Of a DNA stretch of 64,000 nt, positions 9,998 to 22,574 are shown one piece after another. Made by a program: the position numbers and the translations under genes. The notes below the pieces were generated by a model, which saw only the letters and a program-made list of their open reading frames with translations, did no database searches and was not told the origin of the DNA. The DNA comes from Scyliorhinus canicula (Eukaryota), in NCBI RefSeq assembly GCF_902713615.1, contig NC_052171.1, positions 1,860,001 to 1,924,000 on the forward strand, read 5' to 3'. Position 1 is the stretch's first letter; every line of letters starts with the position of its first letter.

Positions 9998-11908
9998 GGC
10001 TCAATGGTGTAGGGCCCCATGGTGTAGGGCTCCATAGTGTAGGGCCCCATGGTGTAGGGCTCCATTGTGTAGGGCTCAATGGTGTAGGGCTCCATAGTGT
10101 AGGGCTCCATTGTGTAGGGCTCCAGGCTCCATGGTGTAGGGCTCCAGGCCCCATGGTGTAGGGCTCAATGGTGTAGGGCTCCATGGTGTAGGGCTCCATG
10201 GTGTAGGGCTCCAGGCTCCATGGTGTAGGGCCCCATGGTGTAGGGCCCCATGGTGTAGGGCTCCATTGTGTAGGGCTCAATGGTGTAGGGCTCCATGGTG
10301 TAGGGCTCCAGGCTCCATGGTGTAGGGCCCCATGGTGTAGGGCTCAATGGTGTAGGGCTCCATTGTGTAGGGCCCCATGGTGTAGGGCTCAATGGTATAG
10401 GGCTCCATTGTGTAGGGCTCAATGGTGTAGGGCTCCATGGTGTAGGGCTCCATGGTGTAGGGCTCCATGGTGTAGGGCTCCAGGCTCCATGGTGTAGGGC
10501 CCCATGGTGTAGGGCCCCATGGTGTAGGGCTCCATTGTGTAGGGCTCCATGGTGTAGGGCCCCATGGTGTAGGGCTCCATGGTGTAGGGCTCAATGGTGT
10601 AGGGCTCCATGGTGTAGGGCTCCATAGTGTAGGGCTCCATGGTGTAGGGCTCCATGGTGTAGGGCTCCATGGTGTAGGGCCCCATGGTGTAGGGCTCAAT
10701 GGTGTAGGGCTCCAGGCTCCATGGCGTAGGGCTCCATGGTGTAGGGCTCCATGGTGTAGGGCTCCAGGCCCCATGGTGTAGGGCCCCATGGTGTAGGGCT
10801 CCATGGTGTAGGGCCCCATGGTGTAGGGCCCCATGGTGTAGGGCCCCATGGTGTAGGGCCCCATGGTGTAGGGCTCCATGGTGTAGGGCCCCATGGTGTA
10901 GGGCTCCATGGCGTAGGGCTCCATGGTGTAGGGCTCCATGGTGTAGGGCTCCATGGTGTAGGGCCCCATGGTGTAGGGCTCCATGTTGTAGGGCCCCATG
11001 GTGTAGGGCTCCATGGTGTAGGTAGGGCTCCATGGTGTAGGGCTCCATGGTGTAGGGCTCCATGGTGTAGGGCTCCATGGTGTAGGGCTCCATGGTGTAG
11101 GGCCCCATGGTGTAGGGCTCCATGGTGTAGGGCCCCATGGTGTAGGGCTCCATGGTGTAGGTAGGGCTCCATGGTGTAGGGCTCCATGGTGTAGGGCCCC
11201 ATGGTGTAGGGCTCCATGGTGTAGGGCTCCAGGCTCCATGGTGTAGGGCCCCATGGTGTAGGGCCCCATGGTGTAGGGCTCCATGGTGTAGGGCTCCATG
11301 GTGTAGGGCCCCATGGTGTAGGGCTCCATGGTGTAGGGCTCCATGGTGTAGGGCTCCATGGCGTAGGGCTCCATGGCGTAGGGCCCCATGGTGTAGGGCT
11401 CCATGGTGTAGGGCTCCATGGTGTAGGGCCCCATGGTGTAGGGCTCCATGGTGTAGGGCTCCATGGTGTAGGGCCCCATGGTGTAGGGCTCCATGGTGTA
11501 GGGCTCCAGGCTCCATGGTGTAGGGCTCCATGGTGTAGGGCCCCATGGTGTAGGGCTCCATGGTGTAGGGCTCCATGGTGTAGGGCTCCATGGTGTAGGG
11601 CTCCATGGTGTAGGGCCCCATGGTGTAGGGCCCCATGGTGTAGGGCCCCATGGTGTAGGGCTCCATGGTGTAGGGCTCCAGGCTCCATGGTGTAGGGCCC
11701 CATGGTGTAGGGCCCCATGGTGTAGGGCCCCATGGTGTAGGGCTCCATGGTGTAGGGCTCCATGGTGTAGGGCCCCATGGTGTAGGGCTCCATGGTGTAG
11801 GGCTCCAGGCTCCATGGTGTAGGGCTCCATGGTGTAGGGCTCCATGGTGTAGGGCCCCATGGTGTAGGGCTCCAGGCTCCATGGTGTAGGGCCCCATGGT
11901 GTAGGGCT
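9998..11908 (+). repeat. 15-bp minisatellite (GGCTCCATGGTGTAG)n, about 1.9 kb, with +7 nt (GGCTCCA) and +4 nt (GTAG) variant units
   Basis: Directly visible tandem array inside the Harbinger Myb/SANT gene remnant. Confidence 0.97.
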
Positions 11909-13024
11909 TTAATTGCGGTGCAGGCACTGGTTTGAATCCACGAGTGTCAGCACCAGAGGACGGCGTGACTTCTGGATCTCACTCCAGCTGCCCCTCTACT
12001 CCATGGGAAGAAGATCAGCCTCGGGTCGTTCACCCTGGGGATGTCCAGCCCGTCTGACGCTCCCTCCCGATGAGAAACACAGCTCCAGACGAGCTCACAG
12101 AGGAAGGCAGCACTGCAACACACATGCTGCCCGAATTAAGCCTGGACTTTCAAGTTCTAGACCCCCCAGGGTATCGCCTGCCAAGGTCATCTCAGTCAAC
12201 AGGGCATGGAAAGCAGCTGCAACCTCAGCTTCCGATCCTGTGGATACAATGAGACAGAGGCCAAGGGTGAGGAAGAGTAGGTACTGTGGGCACAGGTGAA
12301 CTTAGACACTAGTTAATGTAGGTTACCACTGCAATACAGCTCTTGTATTAAGCATCACTTTGATGACTACCGCTATGCTCCGGAAACTTCCGCGCACACT
12401 GAACGCTTCATTGCTGTAGAGTGTGACAATGTTAGCACTGTGTCTCGACCACTTCCCATACTGATAACTCAGTAAAGAGTCACAGCTGCTGGCATGATCT
12501 CACATGTCTGTCACTCTGCTCCAATGATGAGGAGGCCATGGGCTGACAAAGTGCAGAGAGACTGCCACCTCCGATTTTAGTTGGAGGAAAACACCAGGAG
12601 GGGCCTACAGCAGATGGTAGGTCATCCAGCGTCTCTGAACCCCATGATAAGCCTGTCCATTGGCAAGGACACATTCAGCTCTCTGCCAGCCAGAAGTCTG
12701 ACACATCGCTGAGTATGAGAGGAAAATCGCTCTGTCCTCAATGCAAGTCATCATCATTCTCCTGCAGAGTCTGACTAGTGGCTTTAGCGCCCTGCCCATG
12801 AACATGGGCACCATCATCAGAACCTACTGCAGGCTGGCAGTACAGTACTGATGAGCTGTCACCCCCTAGATGTCACTCGCTAGCCCTGGTCGTCCCCAAA
12901 CCAGAAGGCCTCGAGGGCCTTCCTAGCTCTTCGGCCTGAGGTCCATCCTCCTCCTCTGTGGGTTTCTCCTCGCTGCTCTCCCTGACCTCATCCGCGCCCC
13001 CATCTCCTCCTGGTCCAGGTGGTC

Positions 13025-13431
13025 TCACCTCTGCAGTGCCAAGTTGTGGCAAGCAGAGCGGACACAGTTATGCGAGTCACCCTCTGGGGGCTGTACTGGA
13101 GAGCAATCTCGGCACCGGAACCACATCTTCAGCAGTCCTATCGCCTGCTGGACCAACACGTGCATTGATGCCTGAGCCTTGTTGTCGCGAATCGTCACAG
13201 GCATTAGTGGCCCCCGTACTGGTGTCATCAGCCACCTCATGAGTGGCTGCTCCCAGTCCTCTAGAAGCCATCCCTCCAACCACTTCTCTCCCTGAAAAAT
13301 GTCAGAGATGTGTGAGGGCCACAAGATGTAAGTGTGATGGATGCTCCCCGGGAATTGGGCACACATCTGCATTGTGCACATCGTGTCACAAACGTGTTGG
13401 ACGTTGAAGGAGTGGAATCCCATGGGATTCA
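13025..13431 (-). pseudogene. Harbinger/HARBI1-like DDE transposase fragment
   Basis: Motifs GFHS.NVQ.VCD, FPGS.H, IGLLK..FRC and HNLA are present; frameshifted. Confidence 0.85.
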
Positions 13432-14019
13432 TTTTTAAAATGTTATTTTTTAAAAGAGTATGCAATTCTTATTTTCTCCAATTAAGGGGCAATTTAGCGT
13501 GACCAATACCCATATTTTGGATTGTGGGGGTGGAACCCACACAGACACGGGGAGAATGTGCGTATCACTCGGACAGTGACCCGGGGCCAGGATTGAACCC
13601 AGGTCCTCGGTGCCGTGAGGCAGCAGTGCTAACCATTGCACCACCTTTTCCATGCAATTACTGAATGGTGCCCTATGATTCCGGGGAGACTGCAGTGGCT
13701 GATAGCGATAGGTTCTGGGCAAAGATTTGGCAGATGGACTGTAACAGTGCAAAATGTGAATTGTGCACTTTGGCAAGACGAATAGCAAACCAGAAAATGA
13801 TTTATATTTATATGGAACACAGGAAGACAAATTAAACATTTTGGCCTTCATAGTAAGGGAGTGGGGGGATAGAGTTTAAAGTAGAGATGTTTTGCAACAA
13901 CTGTCCAGGGTGTTGGTGAAAGCACAACGAGATTGTACGTGTGGGGAATTCTGGTCTCCTTATTTAAGGACGGATATATTTGCGTTTGAAGTGTTTCAGA
14001 GAAGAGGTTACTCGGCTGA

Positions 14020-15719
14020 CCCCCCCCCCCCCCCCCCCCGGGGTTGCTGCTGCTGCTGGCTTCCACCAAACGTTCCGCGAGAAAGTCCAGGAACGGTTGC
14101 CACCGTCCAGAGAACCCCTGCAAGGACCCTTGAAAGGCAAACTTTATCTTCTCCAACCTGAGAAATCCCATCATGTCACTGACCCAAGCCTCCACACTTG
14201 GGGGATTCACGTCCCTCCACATTCACAAGAGCCTTCTCCAGGCTACCAAGGTGGCAAAGACCAGAACTCCGACCTCTTTCGACTCCTGCACTCCCGGATC
14301 CTCCGATACCCCAAATAACGCTATCCCCCAACTCAGTTTTACCCGAGTGTCCAAGACCTTGGACATGACCTATGCAAAGCCCGTCCAGAACTCCGCAAGC
14401 GCCGGGCACGCCCAGAACATATGGGGGAGGTTTGCTGGGCTCCCCGAACACCTCACACATCTGTCCTCCACCCCAAAAAACGTACTCATCCTCGCACCTG
14501 TCATATGCCCCTCTCCGACTCACACACCCTAAATCACCCTGTCCTGTATCCTTCGGGCGGGCAGCAATGGAAATTCTCCTACCTGCTTCCTGACAAACGC
14601 CCGAACCTGCCTGAACCTAATGCATTTCCCGGGGGTAACCCGAATTTCTCCTCCAGTGCCCTTAAGCTGCCAAAAGTCCCGTCAATGAATAGATCCCCAG
14701 CCTTCTAATTCCCGCCTGGTGCCAGCTTCGGAACCATCTATCCTGCCCGGGGCAAACCTATGGTTATTCCGTATCGGGGACCAAACTGAGGCCCCCCCGT
14801 CTCCCCCCTGTGCCGCCTCCATTGCCCCCAAATCTTCGCCGTCACCACCGGGCTCGTGGTAACGGTGCCGTCACCAGTGCCCCCAGGCTAGTACCTACAC
14901 AAGACGCCGCCTCTAGCCTTTTCCATGCCATCCCCTCTCCCTCCATCATCCATTTCCGAATCATCGACACGTTTGCTGCCCACTCGCTTGAAAAAGGCCT
15001 TAGGGATGAGGATGAGCAGGCACTGAAACACAAACAAAACCTAGGGAGGACCGTCATCTTGACAGACTGCACCCCACCCGCTAGGGAGAGCTGAAGCATG
15101 TCTGACCTCTTAAAGCCCTCCTCCATCTGGTCCACCAGCCGCGCCAGATTGAGCCTATGCAAGACCCCCCAACTCTTGGCCACCTGAATACCCAAATACT
15201 GAAAACCCCTCTCCACCATCTTGAGCAGCAGCTCCTCCAACCTCTTTTCCTGGCAACGCGCATGCACCACAGAGAGCCCGCCCCTCCCAACATTAAGCTT
15301 ATACCCCGACAAGTCTCCAAACTCCCTGAGGGTCTGCATAACCTCCCCCATCCCCTCCACCGGGTCTGTAATATATAAAAGCAAATCATCCGTATATAGT
15401 GAGACCCGGTGCTCCTCTCCCCCCCCAGACCAAACCCCTCCAGCTTCTAGATTCCCTCAGCGCCATGACCAATGGCTCAATTGCCAAAGCAAACAGCAGG
15501 GGGGGGGGGGAACAGGGGGCACCCCTGCCTCGTTCCACGATATAGTCTAAAGTACTCTGACCTCAACCGGTTCGTCGATACACTCGCCACCGGGGCCTGG
15601 TATAACAATTTAACCCACCCTATGAACCCCTCCCTAAACCTACCCAGCACCTCCCACAGGTACTCCCACTCCACCCGGTCAAAGGCCTTCTCCGCGTCCA
15701 CAGCCGCCGCCACCTCTGC

Positions 15720-15752
<33 letters not shown>

Positions 15753-18509
15753 CTCCGAGGGCATTATAATCACATTCAGAAACCTCTGCACATTTCCATT
15801 CAACTGCCTGCCCTTCACAAATCCAGTCTGATCCTCATGTATCATAATCCTCAATCCGAGTGGCCAGGAGCTTCGCCAACAACTTGGCATCCACATGAAG
15901 GAGTGAAATGGGCCAAACGAGTCACACTACAGCGGGTCTTTGTCCCGCTTCAGAATAAGCGAGATCAGAGCTCTCGACATCGTCAGGGGAAGACTTCCTT
16001 TCTCCCTCGCCTCGTTAAAAGTTCTCAACAGCAACGGAGCCAACAGTTCCGAAAACTTCCTATAAAATTCAACCGGGAACCCCCCCCCCCTTGTACCTTC
16101 CTCCACTGGGCCTTAGCTTTTCCCCGTCGTCAACAAGTCAAACTCCGTTTGGAGGCTCCGGCCCTCTATTAGCAGCCCCTCCCCGGGGGTTTCCGCATAT
16201 CTCCTATCCACCCTAGGTATCTCTCCTACCAATCTATCCCTCTCCCTCTTCTCTCTGTGAGCCCTGATGGAGATCAGCTCCCCTCTGACCACCACCTTCA
16301 GCACCTCCCAGACCACACTCACCGAGACCTCCCCATTGTCATTGGCCTCCATATACCTCTGTATACACCCCCGGATCGGCCCATAGACCTCCTCATCTGT
16401 CCAAGTGCCACAGCGGGCGCTGGCCCCTCTCGTCTCCTAACTCCAGCTCCACCCAATCCGAAATCGCGATGGCCGAGTACTCCGTCCCCTCTACTCTCGG
16501 GATCAGTGCCCTGCTCACCACGAAAAAGTCTATTCGTGAATAGGCCTTGTGCACGTGGGAAAAGACGGAAAACTCCTTCGCCTTTGGCCTGGCAAACCAC
16601 CACGGATCCACTCCCCCCATCTGATCCATAAACCCCCTCAGGACCTTGGCCGCAGCCGGCCTTTTACCCGATCTCGACCAAGACCGATCCATTGCCAGGT
16701 GCAGTACCGTGTTGAAATCCCCCCCCCCCCCCCCCATAATTAGGTTCCCCACCTCCAAATCCGGGATCCGACTTAGCATCCATGAACCCTGCATCGTCCC
16801 AATTTGGGGCATTTACATTCACCAGCACTACCTGGGCCCCCTGCTGCCTACCACTCACCATCACATACCGGCCCTCTTTATCCGACACAATGCCCACCGT
16901 CTCGAAACTCACCCGCTTGCTCACCAATATTGCTACCCCCCTGTTCTTCACATCCAACCCGGAGTGAAAGACCTGCCCTACCCATCCCATCCTCAGCCTG
17001 GTCTGATCCGCAACTTTCAGGTGTGTCTCCTACAGCATGGCTACGTCTGCCTTCAGTCCCTTTAAATGTGCAAATACCCGGGTCCTCTTGACCGGCCCAT
17101 TTAGGCCTCTCACATTCCACGTGATCAGCCGGATCGGGGGACTACACACACCCCCCCGCGCCAACTAGGCATCTCCTTTTTTGGGCCAGCCACTTGCACA
17201 CGTTCCCCCCCCCCCCCCGGCAAACCAATGTGGACTCCAGTCCAATACCACCTCCCTGCATCCAGCCCCGCCCCCTCTCTTTCCGTGGGAAAAGAAACCC
17301 GCGCTCCCAGACCGGGCTGACCCCGCCCTCTATGGCACAGCTCCATTCTCCTACAACCTCACCCCCATTCCCAGAGGCCCAGGGTTCCCGGCCCCTTCTC
17401 CCCCCACCGAACGCGGGGAACAACCCCTCCCCCAGCTCACTGCCCGCACAGAAAAAAAAGAAACACAAATATCACCCCCTCCCACCCCACAACATCCCCC
17501 AAAACATGCTACAGACCACTAATTTGAGTCCAGCTTCTCATTTTTGATAAAGGTCCACGCCTCGTCCGGCGTATCAAAATAGTGGTGACGGTCCTGATAT
17601 GTGACCCACAGTCACGTGGGCTGCAACAGCCCAAACTTCATCCCCTTTCCGTGGAGAACTGCCTTGGCCCGATTGAATCCTGCCCTCTTCTTGGCCAGCT
17701 CTGCGCTCCAGTCCTGGTAAATGCGAATTTCAGCATTCTCCCACCTGCTGCTCCGCTCCTTCTTCGCCCAGCTCAAGACGCACTCCCTGTCGGTGTAACG
17801 GTGAAACCTCACCACCACAGCTTTCGGCGACTCATTCGCCCTCGGTCTCCTCGCCAGGACTCTGTGCGCCCCATCCAGCTCCAAGGGCCTCGGGAAGGCT
17901 CCCGCGCCCATCAGTGTGCTCAGCATCATGGCTACATACGTCCCAGCATCCGACCCCTCCGCACCTTCAGGGAGACCCAGAAACCGCAAATTCTTCCTTG
18001 TCGACCTGTTCTCCAGATCCTTGTATTTCTCCTGCCACTTTTTATGGAGCGCGTCGTGAGCCTCCACCTTCACTGCCAGGCCCGGGATCTCGTCCTCGTT
18101 ATCAGAGGCCTTCTGCTGCACCTCTTTAATCCCTGTCCCCTGCATCCTCTCTACCACCCTTTCTATCGACGCCTTCATAGGGGCGAACATCTCTGCCTTC
18201 AATTCCGCAAAGCAGCTTCGTATAAACTCTTGCTGCTCCCGTGACTACTGGGCCCACGCTGCCTGATCCCCGCCAGCCGCCATCTTGCTTTTTCGCCCCC
18301 ATTCTCCTCTCTTCTCCAAAGCCCCTTTTTTGACCACACCGCTCCTGGTCCACTCCATACAGCGCTGGGGGACCCTCACTGTTTCCTTCCCACACCGGGA
18401 ATCATCATCCAAGTGCCACTGGAGCTCCTTAAAAGGGCCCAAAAGTCCGGTATCGGCGGGAGCTGCCGACCATGTGACCTACCTAGGCATAGCCGCAACC
18501 GGAAGTCCA
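14020..18509 (-). mobile_element. Near full-length degenerate L1-clade LINE (5' UTR, ORF1 ~18283-17520, ORF2 ~17130-14050 with internal deletions)
   Basis: ORF1 DLENRS.RKNLR.LGLPEG. Endonuclease WNVRGL...MLQETH and GGDFN. RT DAEKAFDRVEWEYL, GTRQGCP and YTDDLLLY. C-terminal Cys region. Embedded in a CR1 fragment; 3' tail missing. Confidence 0.92.
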
Positions 18510-20253
18510 GCGGCAAATATATTGAAACAAATAAGATGAGGGGCTTGACAGGGTGGATATTGAGAGGGCCAATTTGCGAGCAGCAAGCTCCCACAGCAGC
18601 GGTGAGCAAAATGTCAGTTGAACCCTACCAGGACAGCAGGTGTTTTATAGCCATGAGAAATTAGACAAGGCCTCAGTTGAGCCATCCATGCTGATGCTCA
18701 CACAGCAGAACGTGTTAAAATGTGATAACCGTCTTTTATTTTGTCGACTGAGAGATAAGTAGGTGCCACGGGATCTTTCACATCCACCTGCGAGTGAAGA
18801 CAGGTCCTCAATTTAATGTTCATCTGAAAGTTGGCTTCCGTGACAGGGCAGCACTCCCTCAGGAGAATGGGCATCCTGAATTTGATGACCGTTCTCTGGG
18901 TTGGGGCACAAAAGGTGAAGGGGCCACCGACCAAGCCAGAGCTGACACCTGTGGAGCCTTCGGGCATCATAAAGTGCTTCATAGCCGTTTAATTACTTTT
19001 GAATTATAGTCACTGTTGTCATGTCGGGAGATATATTTAAAGGCTTGAGGCCTGAATGGCCTGCTCCTGTTCCGAAAGTCCAGGGACATTTGGGTGTGAT
19101 TCGAGTTCAGAAATGCAATTAAGTGGGCGGCACGGTGGCACAGTGGTTAGCACTGCTGCCTCACAGCGCTGAGGACCCGGGTTCGATCCCGGCCCCGGGC
19201 CACCGTCCGTGTGGAATTTGCTCATTCTCCCCGTGTCTGCGTGGGTTTCACCCCCCACAACCCAAAGATGTGCAGGGTAGGTGAATTTGTCACGCTAAAT
19301 TGCCCCTTCATTGGAAAAAAAAATAATTGGGCATTCTAAATTTCTTCGAAAAAAAAATACAATTAAGTTTTGTCACTACCACCAGGTGGACTTTTAACAT
19401 CCTAACAAGGGAGGGAAGGTTGGTTGACCCAAACAGCTTTGACAAAGGGTCACCTGGACTCAGAACGTTAGCTCTTTTCTCTCACTACAGATGCTGCCAA
19501 ACCTGCTGAGATTTTCCAATTCTGATTCCATTGTCATCTGATAATCATACATTTGCACTCACAATGGCTACCACCAGATGGCAGTGTTGACTCAGGATTT
19601 CATTTGTCAGACAAACCCCAAATCTTGAGGAAGAAATTGTAACAGTCACAAAGCTTCCGACACAAATTAAGCACCCTGTTCGACTGCAACATCAGTGGAG
19701 ACATGTGACAGTGTAATAGACTTATTCTTCCTGTTCAGGAACAGAACAGAAGGCCCCAAAGTGAGTGGACCGCCCAGGTGTCAGCTGTGATTAAATTGTG
19801 ATCCCAAGGGCGTGGTTAGCACTGCTGCCTCACGGCGCTGAGGACCCGGCTTCGATCCCGGCCCCGGGTCACTGTCCATGCGAAGATTGCACATTCTCAC
19901 TGTGTCTGCGTGGGTCTCACCCCCACAAACCAAGAAGATATGCAGGGGAGGTGAATTGGCGACACTAAATTACCCCTTCATTGGAAAAAAGAATTGGGAC
20001 CTCTAAATTTATTTTTAAAAATTGTGGTCCGTAATTCAGTGTCCTGATTTCTAAACGTCTGGGTCCAACTTGCACACAAAATCTTCCTGACACTCCAGTG
20101 CAGTGCTGAGTGTGTGCTGCATTGTCACAGGTGCCATCTTTCCAATGAGATGTTGCACTCCGACCCCCGTCTGCCCTCTCAGATCCCAGGGACCTGTTTG
20201 AAAATGAGCAGGAGCATTTTCTCTGATGTCCTGGCCAACGTTCATCCTCCAAT

Positions 20254-21370
20254 GGGGCTTCTGGTGGTGACATGTAGGTGGAGGTCGCACGCTGGGTGGC
20301 TCCTGCGAGAGCTTTCATTTTTTTCTCCCTTTTCACTGATTGGGGGGGGAAATTTTATATGATTGATCTCCAGGAAGGTTGCGGAACTAAAGGAAAAAAA
20401 TAGGGGCCGAAAGGTACGAGCGATAGTCCGCCTTAGAGCTTGAGTTTGGTGCGGAGTTCTGTGGGAGGAGAGATGGCGGGAGCAGGTTTTCCGGGTGGGG
20501 CTGCACACATTACCGTGGACACGCTGGCTGAGGTGATGGCGCTGGAGTTTGAGTGGCAGTTCGCCAAGCATTTCGATAGGCATTGGAAGGAAATGATGGC
20601 CTCACTCAAGGAGCTGGCCCCTATAAAAGAGACTCTGGGAAATATGTCATCGGCGGTGTGGGAGCAAGGAGAGGTGTTGAAGGGGGTGGAGGGAGCATTG
20701 TCATAGCTCCCTTGGAAGTGGATGGGAATAATGTGGAGGATTCCACTCCAGAATTTCTGGTGAGGAGAAAGGGTTTGCAGGCACGGTTTGACCTGGTGAT
20801 TCAGTAGTTAAGGCGGGCGAAGGGGGTAGTATGGGGGAACATGGGGGAGAAGGCCAGTCGTGAAGGCTTGACCGTGCAGAGTGGAATTATTTGTTTGCCA
20901 TGTTGGAGAGGTTTGGGGTTGGGCTCAAGTTTGTGGCATGGGTCAAATTGTGACTTAGGGGGCCGAAGGTGAGTATGTGCATGGACGAGGTGAACTCGGG
21001 GCACTCAAGGGAACAAGGCCTCCTGTTTGAGTTGGCGATAGAGCCCTTGGTCATTGCACTGAGGTGCTCGGATAAGTGGAGGGGGATAGTGAGGTGGGAA
21101 TGTGGAGCTTAGGGTGTCTTTGTAGGCCGATCATTTGTTCTTGTACATCTCTAACCCGGACTCTACAGTAGGGGATATAATGAAGGTGGAGGACATTTGT
21201 GAATGGTGTGAGATGGGGTTCAGCAAATCATGCACACATGTTCTGGTCCTGCCTGAATTATGGAGTGTTTGCTTTTAGTTAGGGTGTTTAGGGATTTTTT
21301 TGCTTGGTTTTATTTTGTTGTGTTGTATATTTAAGATGTTAAAAATCAAATAAAATAATTTTGAAAAAAA
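20254..21370 (+). mobile_element. Internally deleted non-autonomous L1 derivative, inserted in a Deu-domain SINE
   Basis: In order: L1-type 5' end, ORF1 N-terminus (20473-), RT fragment (LAIEPL..ALR), HMFWSC knuckle, T-rich 3' UTR, AATAAA and A tail. Confidence 0.7.
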
Positions 21371-21379
21371 CATAAATTT

Positions 21380-21572
21380 TTGAACCAGCGTCACTAAAAA
21401 GAAACCCAAGAGTCCAGTCATTGTCACATTGTGGGACTGTGGGACGTTGCTGTTGGCCGGCTGTATTTTTCCACATATTCCAACAGTGACTATGTTGCAA
21501 AAGTTCCGAGCAGTAAGGCACTTTAGAATATCCTGAAGCCATGAAAGAAGCTATAAATATGCATGTCCTTTT
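21380..21572 (+). mobile_element. 3' half of a Deu-domain SINE (SacSINE1/AmnSINE-like); 5' half at ~20060-20252
   Basis: GTCCTGGCCAA...GTCATT.TCACATTG...AACAGTGACT...GCTATAAAT pattern. Related copies at ~33620-34090 (+), ~30820-31080 (-) and ~18690-19030 (-). Confidence 0.65.
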
Positions 21573-22100
21573 GCTGTCGGTAACTGAGGCTGCTAAAATC
21601 GTCTGCCATCAAACTACCAACAAGCCTGTAATTATCACAGCCCATACGATTAAATATTTGAAAGTTTAATAAGTGGGGATCACTCACAAAGCTCTTCCAA
21701 ACGACAGATTGTAACCAGGGACGGAGAAGTGCTTCTTATCAAGGTGCTCTGACACACACCTTCAATCAGATTTCCCTGACGGAGAAAGGCATCAAATCCA
21801 GTAAGCAAAGGTCAGTGCCGTGATTAATTAATCACACAAAGTGGACCTGTTATGTTCGCTGAGATGATATTTGCTCACCTGTCACCCAGGCAGCTGCCTG
21901 TTCATTCAGCGAAAGATCATAAAGGGTTCTTTATTTCCTTATATTTATGGTAGGTGTGCGTCAGTAAGCCTCTGATCGGAAAACCAGTTTTTCAGATTTG
22001 CAATGCCAGAGATACGGAATTAGGAAGAAGATATTAGCTGCAAACTGACTTTTCATAGATCAACCCAACTTGTAAGTCTGTCTTTCTCTCTCCAGAACAA

Positions 22101-22405
22101 GGCGGCAAGGTAGCACAGTGGTTAGCTCTGCTGCTTCACAGCTCCAGGGTCCCAGGTATGATTCATTGTCTGTGCTGAGTCTGCAAGATCCCCCCCACTT
22201 GTCTGCGGGGGTTTCCTCCGGGCGCTCCGGTTTCCTCCCACAAGTCCCAAAAGACGTGCTGTTAGGTGAATTGGACATTCTGAATTCTCCCTCCGTGTAC
22301 CCGAACAGGCGCCGGAGTGTGGCGACTAGGGGATTTTCACAGTAACCTCATTGCAGTGTTTATTTAAGCTTACTTGTGACAATAAAGATTATTATTATTA
22401 TTATT
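22101..22405 (+). mobile_element. V-SINE-type SINE with (ATT)n tail
   Basis: Same head with a distinct body (GAACAGGCGCCGG...GTGACAATAAAGATTATTA). Copies at ~28590-29238, ~31720-32140, 40885-40977 and 55022-55305. Confidence 0.8.
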
Positions 22406-22574
22406 GTCTCTGGAGTTCATTTATATTGTCCACCTCAAGTTTCCCCTGACAGCTGATGTCAGTATTTATCATTCTTTGGGGAACAGAGTCCCAGCGGACC
22501 TCTCAATATCCCGAACATACAAATTTGTGGTGGTGAGTTCTGGCATCTAAACCTGAAGTTCCTCATTGTATAAG

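Larger units (their letters stand above)
8615..13435. mobile_element. Degenerate PIF/Harbinger DNA transposon with convergent Myb/SANT-like gene (+) and DDE transposase (-)
   Basis: Left end GGGCGGAATCTT. Plus strand from ~9043: MAARKPAPCFSERALTRLLDGV...AWEAVAALV...KMNDL..AR|EKLEHNRRER. Minus strand 13431-13025: GFHSFNVQHVCD...FPGS.H...GWLL...IGLLKM.FRC...HNLALQR (HARBI1-like). Confidence 0.85.

Noticed and set aside
10277-11927. Long ORFs (365-527 aa) of GALHH/MEPYT/WSPTP repeats resembling a His-rich structural protein
   Set aside because: They are a by-product of a 15-bp minisatellite with no minus-strand stop. All three frames are open, +7/+4 indels shift frame freely, and there is no signal peptide or unique coding flank.
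19124-19200. tRNA-like A/B boxes as tRNA genes
   Set aside because: These are SINE heads that continue into the SINE body, repeated many times in the window.
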